A stretch of DNA of 64,000 bases. Source: Marinicella sp. Lineage in GTDB: Bacteria > Pseudomonadota > Gammaproteobacteria > Xanthomonadales > Marinicellaceae. The translations under genes were made by a program, and so were the position numbers. Below are positions 49,615-57,489 of the stretch, in pieces. Numbering within the stretch: position 1 is the first letter of the stretch; each line of letters begins with the position of its first letter. Below the pieces are notes generated by a model. That model was not told the DNA's origin. It saw only the letters and a list, made by a program, of their open reading frames with translations, and made no database searches. The stretch spans positions 800,001-864,000 of the forward strand of contig OZ246001.1 in NCBI GenBank assembly GCA_965230295.1. Reading direction: 5' to 3'.

Positions 49615-50487
49615 TTACTCCTTTCCAAACCACTTGATACAGCGGCCGATGATGGGATGTTTCAACCAAGTACGTTGTTTATCTATTAATGCCTCACAAT
49701 CTTTTTCAGCTTTGATGTGGGCCCGAATGACCGCGTTATAATGGCCATAAATTTGTTCAGATTGTTCAGAGAAGTGATAAAAATCTTTCTTGATCTCGGG
49801 ATCAATGGGCTGATCACTGGCAGCCACAATAAAGTAGACAGGGTTAAATTCAGGTCGGTCACTCAAACTGTTGTCTTGTTTCATACAGTCATATTGAACC
49901 TTATGGATGGGCCCATCTAACTGCCATATAGCCGATGAAAACATCAGTTTTTGCCCAAACCAGGCTGAATGCTCAAAAGATTGATCAATCAATTCCGCAA
50001 ACTCATTTTTGTACAGTTCCTTAACATGGTATTCGTTGTTAAAACCCGTTTTGTCTGAATACTCTTGTTTATCAGGTGTGGAAATCAATAACACACCATC
50101 AGGCTTGAGCACCCTTTTAAACTCTTTAACCAACTCGTCATGTTCAGCCAAATGCTCAAGGGTTTCAAATGAAACCACCACATCAAAGCTGTTTGTAGGA
50201 AAGTCCAATTTTAAGACATCACAAGCAACATATTTTAAATTGCTTTTGCGATAGGTCTGACTGGCATGGTTGATGGTTTGGTCTGAAATATCTACACCGG
50301 TCACTGATTTGGCTTTTTGCGCCAACACATGACTGCCATATCCTTCTCCACATGCGGCATCCAAAACATCTTTGTCTTTGACCCAACTTTGAGCCATGGT
50401 ATAGCGATGGTAATGCTCATACCATATTTCTCTTTCGCAATTGGGCAGGAATCGTTCTCCCGTAAATAACAAGCCTTCTTCAGACAT
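49615..50487 (-). CDS. Class I SAM-dependent methyltransferase (surface-glycan associated)
   Basis: FTGERFLP, EHYHRY, VLDAACGEGYG, GVDIS, FDVVVSFETLEH, LKPDG.L.ISTP, N.YH.KE. Confidence 0.9.
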   Translation of the reverse strand: MSEEGLLFTGERFLPNCEREIWYEHYHRYTMAQSWVKDKDVLDAACGEGYGSHVLAQKAKSVTGVDISDQTINHASQTYRKSNLKYVACDVLKLDFPTNSFDVVVSFETLEHLAEHDELVKEFKRVLKPDGVLLISTPDKQEYSDKTGFNNEYHVKELYKNEFAELIDQSFEHSAWFGQKLMFSSAIWQLDGPIHKVQYDCMKQDNSLSDRPEFNPVYFIVAASDQPIDPEIKKDFYHFSEQSEQIYGHYNAVIRAHIKAEKDCEALIDKQRTWLKHPIIGRCIKWFGKE

Positions 50488-50499
50488 GCATCACCTGAT

Positions 50500-51300
50500 T
50501 CAAAAAGCAGCTATTTTATCAACGATTGATTGTCTTAACTGCTTTAACGGGTCATTTTCGATGAATTTTTGCACCAGATGTAAATATTCCGGATGTTTTT
50601 CTAACAGGCGATCCATGGTATCCTGACTGGGTTTGAGTGACCGCTCTTTGAATGACTGGTTTCCTACATGTGCGACATAACAGTCATCCACCAAAACATT
50701 GCGTAAACCTACAGACTTAACCCGCAAAGAATAGTCATTTTCTTCACCATAGCCTAAACCAAACCTTTGCTCATCAAAGTACCCCGCTTGTGCTTTGGCA
50801 GCAGCAGTGATCAACATACAAAAACCAACGGCTGTTGGCAATTCAGGATACTGTGGCTGATGGTTTTCTGCCAATTGAACAGACAACACATCCAGTTGTT
50901 CAGGGATGGTGTTATTGTGTAATGTTTTTGGCAGCGAACATATTTCTGCATTGTTCGACCAAGGTGTGGCGGTACCCAAATTGCTCACATTTTTAATCAC
51001 TTCACGAAACCGATCCAGCCAACCTTCACTGACCAATGTATCGGAATTGAGTAAAACACTGTTTCCGGCATTCAGTTGAAGTCCCAAGTTGGCTGTTTTT
51101 ACGAAACCTAAATTTTGTGGGTTGTCTAACACCCTCCAATTGCTTGGCAAGTTGTCAAACAATGATTGAATTCTGCTGTCAGTGGATGCATCATTGATCA
51201 ACACCACATCATCATGGTTGTTGTGCCGCAATAATGTCTTGATCAGGTTACGTGTTGCTTCAAACGCGTTATAGATAGGAACTACGACTTGAATATCCAA
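50500..51300 (-). CDS. GT2 family glycosyltransferase
   Basis: VVVPIYNA, INDASTD, NLGFVKTANLG, LLNSDT, GFCM, GYGEENDY. Confidence 0.92.
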   Translation of the reverse strand: MDIQVVVPIYNAFEATRNLIKTLLRHNNHDDVVLINDASTDSRIQSLFDNLPSNWRVLDNPQNLGFVKTANLGLQLNAGNSVLLNSDTLVSEGWLDRFREVIKNVSNLGTATPWSNNAEICSLPKTLHNNTIPEQLDVLSVQLAENHQPQYPELPTAVGFCMLITAAAKAQAGYFDEQRFGLGYGEENDYSLRVKSVGLRNVLVDDCYVAHVGNQSFKERSLKPSQDTMDRLLEKHPEYLHLVQKFIENDPLKQLRQSIVDKIAAF

Positions 51301-51301
51301 A

Positions 51302-52462
51302 TTACTTCCAATGCATTTCTAACTGACTGGTACCCAATTCTCTGGTCTTACCAGTTACCCGTAAATCTTTTTCATAGGTATCAATCATTTGAATATTTTC
51401 CGGGGTCATGGCGTGAAATTTAAATTGATAAGAACCGGGTAAAAGTTTCAACTGAGGCATTTCTACTTCATAGACCAGCATGCCGTCATTATCTTTCTGC
51501 GGCGTTGTGTGGTTAAGTTCTGAGTAGGTACCGTAAACGGCTTTACCATCATGGGTTACGATACCGATACAAATCCCAGGTATTTCATCATCAGGAGAAA
51601 ATACCTTAACCGTTAGAGTGATGTCGCTGCCAAAGGCAACTTCGCTGCAGGGTTGTCCGTTTTGGCAAATGCTGGCCTCATGAATGTGGTATGTGGTGCG
51701 GTTGACAGATGCACCTGAAGGCATAACATTCGGGTCAGTGATGGAAGCTTGATAAGCTTGTGTAACCTTAAACACATCACCATATTCCTTGATCGCCCCA
51801 TGCTCTAACCACACGGCTTTTGTACACAATTTTTGAACATGATAAATACTGTGAGAAACCAACAGCAATGTTCCACCTTCGCTCAAATAGTCATCAATCC
51901 ATTTCAAACATTTCAATTGAAAACTTTCATCGCCAACTGCCAAGACCTCATCGGTAATCAACAAATCCGGTTTGGTTTGGGTGATGACGGAAAAACCCAG
52001 CCTGACAACCATGCCTGAAGAATAGTTTTTAACCGGTTCATTGATGTAATCACCAATGGCAGCAAATTCAATCATGTTATGAATTTTCTGCTCAGCATCT
52101 TTACCTGTCAATCCAGCCAGGGCAGATGCCATTTTCAAATTTTCCAAACCTGTATACTCAGGATCAAATCCTGAACCCAGCTCCAACAAGGCGCCAATAC
52201 CACCATTCACTTTGAAGTGACCTGAGGTGGGTTGAATCACATTAGACAATATTTTTAGGAGGGTACTCTTACCTGCCCCATTCTTACCTATGATGGCCAA
52301 AGATTCCCCTTGATCTACGGCTAAATTGATGTCTTTTAAGACATGTGCACCATGTTCATCTGAACGATTCAACAAGATGTTTAACATGCCCCTGACACGC
52401 TGCTTGTTGGTTGCAACATGCGGATAAAATTTATTTAAATTTTTTATTTCTATCAATTGCAT
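51302..52462 (-). CDS. wzt: Polysaccharide ABC exporter ATPase with C-terminal carbohydrate-binding domain
   Basis: GKNGAGKST, LELG.GF, YSSGMVVRLGF, ITDEVLAVGD..FQ.KC, VSH. About 140-aa beta-rich Wzt_C extension. Confidence 0.93.
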   Translation of the reverse strand: MQLIEIKNLNKFYPHVATNKQRVRGMLNILLNRSDEHGAHVLKDINLAVDQGESLAIIGKNGAGKSTLLKILSNVIQPTSGHFKVNGGIGALLELGSGFDPEYTGLENLKMASALAGLTGKDAEQKIHNMIEFAAIGDYINEPVKNYSSGMVVRLGFSVITQTKPDLLITDEVLAVGDESFQLKCLKWIDDYLSEGGTLLLVSHSIYHVQKLCTKAVWLEHGAIKEYGDVFKVTQAYQASITDPNVMPSGASVNRTTYHIHEASICQNGQPCSEVAFGSDITLTVKVFSPDDEIPGICIGIVTHDGKAVYGTYSELNHTTPQKDNDGMLVYEVEMPQLKLLPGSYQFKFHAMTPENIQMIDTYEKDLRVTGKTRELGTSQLEMHWK

Positions 52463-53217
52463 CAGGCAAAGTCATCAAATCTAGGGGCTAATTTTTGAAA
52501 GAATCGATTACTTAAAAACAACAAGACCAATGCAGCCAAAGCAATATAAAATGACGAAGACCAATTCAATGGATTCAAATTGAATACCACATCATGGATG
52601 AAATTTACAATGGGCAATATTGGGTTCAACATAAAATAGGGCTTGGCTGAATCAGGAACTATGGTCCAGGAATAAATGATGGGTGTACAAAAAAACACCA
52701 AGGGCAACAATGCCGATATGATTTGTTTTAAGTCGCGATAAAACACATAAAAAGCTGAAAACAATAAACTCAAAGCGACTGCCAATACATACAGAATGAC
52801 CAATGGAATCAACAATAAAAACAAGTCCAGTGAAGGTGCCAATCTGCCCATCAACATCAATAGAATCAAAATAGCAATAAATCCGATGCCATGCAGAATA
52901 AAATTGGCCGTTGTTCCTGCCAATACAACATGGCGCAAGTCCATTTTAACTTTTCCTAACAAGTCTTTTCGATTGACCACAGCAGTGATTGAATTGAGTA
53001 CTGATTCAGAAAATGCCATCCACGGCCAAAGGCCAATGGCCAAATAAGTAATGAATGCATTATCAGGTAGATTTGGCACCCGTGCTTTAAACAGGATGCC
53101 AAATACAAAATTATAAATCAGTAATGTGATCAGAGGATGAACAATGATCCAAACCAACGCCGAAGAATTTCCAAGATAGCGATCCTTGATCTCTTTCTTC
53201 AAAAAGAATTTAAACAT
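52462..53217 (-). CDS. wzm: Polysaccharide ABC exporter permease
   Basis: K.RY.G.....W..V.PL, GLWPW..F.E, RDL.Q, F.TPIIY, LNP, F.D. Confidence 0.92.
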   Translation of the reverse strand: MFKFFLKKEIKDRYLGNSSALVWIIVHPLITLLIYNFVFGILFKARVPNLPDNAFITYLAIGLWPWMAFSESVLNSITAVVNRKDLLGKVKMDLRHVVLAGTTANFILHGIGFIAILILLMLMGRLAPSLDLFLLLIPLVILYVLAVALSLLFSAFYVFYRDLKQIISALLPLVFFCTPIIYSWTIVPDSAKPYFMLNPILPIVNFIHDVVFNLNPLNWSSSFYIALAALVLLFLSNRFFQKLAPRFDDFA

Positions 53218-54159
53218 TTATTCTTCGATGAATACTTTATATCTTTCGAATATATGTGCGATCAGTTCAGGGTTTACCTCAATTTCATGCTGTACTTTCG
53301 CATTGATGATACTTTGAAATTTTCTTTTCACAGCTTTTTTCTTGAGTTGTTGGTATATTTCAGTTTTGGCATCTGCTAATTTGCCAGGTTCTGACGGTAC
53401 AATCTTGTTAACCCTGATGATATAACGGGTACCTTTGTCGGTTAATACCTCTGGAATCACGCCCAATGGGGCATTGAACACTTTTTCCTTAAATGCATAA
53501 TTAAATTGATTCTCCCTGAATTCACCCCAATGTCCTTCATTGATACTTTTACTGGGATCAGTTGAGATTTCAGATGCTTTGATTTGGAATGATGCCTGGT
53601 CAGAAGATTTAAGTTCATTCAGTATTGCGTCTGAATCATTTGTATCAACCTCATCTAACATGATGACAGACAAATCTCTTTTGGCTGGCTTAATGAATTT
53701 AGCTTTATTCACCATGAAATACTCTTTGATCGAGTTTTTCAACATTTCTTCAGTGGTGGTTTCCTCAAGGTATGCCAACAAAGTCTTGTAATATTCTCGT
53801 TTTATGACATAAGACCTGACCGATTGTTCCATGGTTTTAGATTCTAGATCTAGCATCTCTAAGAAGACAGTTTCCGGTATCCATTCATCTTCATTGACTG
53901 TTTTAATGACATCCTTAAAACGATCCAAATCTTTAAGATCAGAATTCAGAATGTGTTGGTAAACAATGTTGATGTTCAATAAAGTGAAAACATTTTTTTC
54001 TATTTGTTGCTGTTGAACGGCAAACCCACCCCTCTTGTCTTTTTTCAACAGATATACATAAGCATCTAAATCAGACAACGGCACTTCAATGCCACCTTGT
54101 TTAACCAGGTAAGCATCCTGGTTAAACAAGGAAGAGATCAATAAGATCAATAATTTCAT
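53218..54159 (-). CDS. Exported parvulin-type (PpiC/SurA-like) foldase, degenerate active site
   Basis: Short N-terminal hydrophobic segment. YF..NK.KF..P, F...A.E.S.DPS...N.G..G.F, VF.A..G, IIRV, L.DAK.EI. Confidence 0.75.
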   Translation of the reverse strand: MKLLILLISSLFNQDAYLVKQGGIEVPLSDLDAYVYLLKKDKRGGFAVQQQQIEKNVFTLLNINIVYQHILNSDLKDLDRFKDVIKTVNEDEWIPETVFLEMLDLESKTMEQSVRSYVIKREYYKTLLAYLEETTTEEMLKNSIKEYFMVNKAKFIKPAKRDLSVIMLDEVDTNDSDAILNELKSSDQASFQIKASEISTDPSKSINEGHWGEFRENQFNYAFKEKVFNAPLGVIPEVLTDKGTRYIIRVNKIVPSEPGKLADAKTEIYQQLKKKAVKRKFQSIINAKVQHEIEVNPELIAHIFERYKVFIEE

Positions 54160-55379
54160 AGGCCAGATTGCACCCCTTCGTTATAGAAAATGGTACATGC
54201 AAAGTTGCTACTGATTTCACATGAAGGTGGTGTGGCTAACGGATTAGGCGAATTGACATAATTCACATAATATGACTTGCCTGCTTCTAAGATACAGAAA
54301 GTACCCGGATCGTCTGTAACCACCGTTGAAAACCTTGCAGTAGAATTGGCCGCTGAAAGAGGAATCACACAAACTGCTGATTGGGTGAAGTCTCCTGGAC
54401 ACTCACTGATTGACATGGTACTTTGACTGATTTGTCTTTGAGTTGGTGCATCTTGTAAAGTGATTTTTCTTCTGTTGTTAAACGGCGGATTGTCAGCCTC
54501 TAATGAAAAACCTGACAGGGCGTAAAATTTGCTGTTTTGAATGTCTAATTCAAAATTAACGTTGTTATTTTCACCAAATGGTTGTCCTTGATTGAATTCA
54601 GTATAAGTACCTTGAACCATGTCTAAATTCGGTGGCAACACCACTGAGCTACAACTTTCATCTAAAGTATAGGTAACACCCACTGTACTGATTGCACCAT
54701 TACAATTCAGGGTCAGGGTTGTATTTTGATTGATTGTGACTGGGGACGATCCAGACGTGCCTTTTGCACCTGACCAACCTACAACAGCAGGAGAGGCACT
54801 GGCTGTACAACCAGTGGTATTGGTGGAATTCCATGCCACTGTTGCACTGGTAGAAGGTCCAACAATAGCATTTGTAGATTGTGAGTTAACTGTAAAGAGG
54901 GTGATAGAGGGTGACCCGCCGCCACCGCCTGATTGTTCGGTCAATAAAAATGATTTTGTTGTGGTTTGCGCTGCAGCATTTTGGCATGACAATTCCAAAG
55001 TGGCAGGCAAGGTAGTCACTGTCACTGATTGAGAATAACTGCCATCTGCAGCTGTTTTTGCTCCATTCCAAGTTGCAACACCGCTGGTGGTATCAGCCGT
55101 ACAACTGGCTGCATAGGCAACACTCCAACTGACGGTGATTGAACTACCTGTGGTGATGTCATAATCACTTGGATAGAATCCCAGAATTACGGGGGTGTTT
55201 TGATTACCACTGACAATAAAATGCTCACCAACTGTGGTAACTGACACATCACCAGTTACAAAATCAATTTCTACATTTTCGGTGATTTCTACTTCTTCGT
55301 TGTTGTTGGTAAATACCAATTTTTCAGCCGCAGCGGACTGAATGAACAAAACGAAAACTAATATTAACGCGTTTTTCAT
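54156..55379 (-). CDS. Secreted Ser/Thr/Cys-rich surface protein with two tandem Ig-like repeats
   Basis: Signal peptide from ATG 55379 (ending SAAA). Repeat V.W......CTA......W.GAK...GS....T....TL.L.C occurs twice. Six further Cys in the C-terminal domain. Confidence 0.7.
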   Translation of the reverse strand: MKNALILVFVLFIQSAAAEKLVFTNNNEEVEITENVEIDFVTGDVSVTTVGEHFIVSGNQNTPVILGFYPSDYDITTGSSITVSWSVAYAASCTADTTSGVATWNGAKTAADGSYSQSVTVTTLPATLELSCQNAAAQTTTKSFLLTEQSGGGGGSPSITLFTVNSQSTNAIVGPSTSATVAWNSTNTTGCTASASPAVVGWSGAKGTSGSSPVTINQNTTLTLNCNGAISTVGVTYTLDESCSSVVLPPNLDMVQGTYTEFNQGQPFGENNNVNFELDIQNSKFYALSGFSLEADNPPFNNRRKITLQDAPTQRQISQSTMSISECPGDFTQSAVCVIPLSAANSTARFSTVVTDDPGTFCILEAGKSYYVNYVNSPNPLATPPSCEISSNFACTIFYNEGVQSGL

Positions 55380-55441
55380 GGGTTTTCTCATTTCATCTAT
55401 AAACTTCGGATTATACAAGATGTTGTGTTAATTTTTTATTC

Positions 55442-55476
55442 AAAAAAAAAGGACAAGATCAGATCTTGTCCTTTTT
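55442..55476 (-). terminator. Strong Rho-independent terminator after the S-layer-like gene
   Basis: Perfect inverted repeat AAAAAGGACAAGATC-A-GATCTTGTCCTTTTT, with T9 on the minus strand. Confidence 0.85.
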
Positions 55477-55495
55477 ATTTTCATGTACTCAGGTA

Positions 55496-56905
55496 TTATT
55501 GAGAAACAACATTACCTTTGTGTACGAACAGACCAGCGTACTGAGCCAGTAAGCCAGCACCAGCATTACCATTGGTAAATTGCTGTGCTGAGAAACCAGT
55601 TACAGGTAAGCCCAAGTAAGCAGGACCTGCAGTAGGAGCTGTAACAAATGCCAAATCACTGAAAGACATGTTAGCCCAACCATTCTCAGTAGCAGCACCA
55701 CTTGGAGTGGTAACAGTTACTAAGTTGTCAGAACCCATGATTGATGATTCTGCACCAGCAGCACCGCCAGGTAACATGAACTCAACAACGTTGACTTCTT
55801 TACACAAGCTTGGGTTTGCACCAGCAGGAGGACGTGGAGATACACCGCCAACTGTCAAGATTTCCAATTGCTCTTCTCTGTCCCAAATAGTTAATTCAAA
55901 CTCGTGACAAGAGTTAACACCATCCCAAACATCATTGAATGGAGGAATTGCAGCAGCAGGAGCTACGTCAACGTGGAAACGCTTAGTTGGGAAAGAAATA
56001 ACCCACTCAGATTTACCAGCAACCAATGAATCTAAAGCGTACTCATTGTAAACAGATTGTCTGGTGAACAATGAAGAAATAGACTCAGCACCTGTAGCGT
56101 AAGTAGAAGTTTGTGCAGCACCTTCAAAGAAAACTGTAGAGCTTTCAATACCTTGTGCTAACGATGGGAACAAGCTGCCTGGCTCAGAGTGAGTACCCAG
56201 ACCTAACTCCCAAAACTCATCAACTGCAATCGCATCATAAGTCATGGCCAAACCTTCAGCTACATTTACGATAGAAGCAGAACCGAACAAACCGCCAGTT
56301 ACTAAATCTTCATCAGCCAATGTGTCATAAAGACCATTGTCAGACCAATCGCCTTCGATGGTGCCACAAGAAGCTGGAACACCAGATCCACCGTGATCAG
56401 CAGCAGTAACAGTACCACCATTGAAAGTAGCCATTTCGATGATTTCGAAGTGACCATCAGTAGCACGACGCATGCTCATGTTAGTAGGATCAAGGTCAGC
56501 ATCGATTGTGAATGGCAAGAACTCTTGGCCACCTTTAATCAAGAAAGGAGCACAAGAAGTGTCAGTTGTAACGTGAGCAGCAGAAGGCTCACCAACGTGA
56601 CCAGCTTGAGTTGAGTTGGTAGGAACCAAAGCACCAGTCCAAACGTCAAAAGCTGACAAGTAAACGTTAAAGTCAAGAACCTCTAAAGAGTTTTCACCTT
56701 CCAAGAAACGTACTTTAACAGCTTTGGTGTCAGCAGTCGTGTTAACAACTGAGTACAAAGTGTTCAAACCGTTATTAACTGAGTAATAAGGGTAAATCAG
56801 TACTTCACCAGTACCTTCTGGGTTAACAAACTGTTGTGCATTTGCCATGCCCGCGACACCCGCGATACCAGCAACAACAGCCATAGTTAGTTTATTTTTT
56901 TTCAT
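55496..56905 (-). CDS. Highly expressed secreted cell-surface protein, probable S-layer protein
   Basis: Sec signal MKKNKL...ANA with GGAG RBS. N-terminal VNPEGTGEVLIYPYYSV...VVNT....KAVKVRFLEG.NS.EVLDFNVYLS.FDVWT, recalled as the proteobacterial cell-surface / NpdA-like family. Acidic and rich in A/G/S/T/V. Extreme codon bias and its own terminator. Confidence 0.72.
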   Translation of the reverse strand: MKKNKLTMAVVAGIAGVAGMANAQQFVNPEGTGEVLIYPYYSVNNGLNTLYSVVNTTADTKAVKVRFLEGENSLEVLDFNVYLSAFDVWTGALVPTNSTQAGHVGEPSAAHVTTDTSCAPFLIKGGQEFLPFTIDADLDPTNMSMRRATDGHFEIIEMATFNGGTVTAADHGGSGVPASCGTIEGDWSDNGLYDTLADEDLVTGGLFGSASIVNVAEGLAMTYDAIAVDEFWELGLGTHSEPGSLFPSLAQGIESSTVFFEGAAQTSTYATGAESISSLFTRQSVYNEYALDSLVAGKSEWVISFPTKRFHVDVAPAAAIPPFNDVWDGVNSCHEFELTIWDREEQLEILTVGGVSPRPPAGANPSLCKEVNVVEFMLPGGAAGAESSIMGSDNLVTVTTPSGAATENGWANMSFSDLAFVTAPTAGPAYLGLPVTGFSAQQFTNGNAGAGLLAQYAGLFVHKGNVVSQ

Positions 56906-56992
56906 TTCTAACTCCAAATTTAATAAAAATATCAGGGCTATTTTAAAATATCCCCGCTCATATGAACGAAGCTATACAAGATAGCAAAGTGA

Positions 56993-57021
56993 ATGATAAT
57001 TTATCTGTGTTTCAGAAACAA
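56993..57021 (-). promoter_or_regulatory. Possible sigma70 promoter of the S-layer-like gene
   Basis: Minus-strand TTGTTT (57021-57016), 17-nt spacer, TATCAT (56998-56993), with an AT-rich upstream tract. Confidence 0.35.
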
Positions 57022-57072
57022 GCACTTTTTATTATTTTTTGATTAAAAATGTACTTGCAAATACCGTTATTT

Positions 57073-57489
57073 TCACTCACCCTTTGGCACAAAATACCAC
57101 TTTCCTTCCACCTGAATCCAATTCTCTGAAACCTCAGTGTTGACAGCCACACCGCCCAGGCTTCTCTTGGAAAAACTGTACTCATAATCAAGTTTTATTT
57201 TGACCTCACAAATCGTTTCCTCTACACAGTTTGCACTGACGAATTCGCCTTTGGTCCATTTCATATTCATCTGTGCCGTCAGCATCCTCAATGAAAACGC
57301 TTCTGCGGTTTCAGTTTCCTTGTGTCCAGGAGAAAAATATTCATAGGCACTTTCAAAATCTTGTTCAATGATGGCAAGCCACCTCGATTCTACACTAGAC
57401 TGAAGGTCTTCAGTTTGTTGGCAACCAACCAGCATCATCACCGATAGCAAAGCGGTCCATTTCATAAAACTTCTATTCTTTTTATTCAT
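57073..57489 (-). CDS. Small lipoprotein coupled to gspD (NTF2-like fold suspected)
   Basis: LVGC lipobox. RW.AI...DF..AY.YFSPG, C....C, E.W....GKWYFVP. Start uncertain (57507, 57489 or 57465). Confidence 0.75.
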   Translation of the reverse strand: MNKKNRSFMKWTALLSVMMLVGCQQTEDLQSSVESRWLAIIEQDFESAYEYFSPGHKETETAEAFSLRMLTAQMNMKWTKGEFVSANCVEETICEVKIKLDYEYSFSKRSLGGVAVNTEVSENWIQVEGKWYFVPKGE

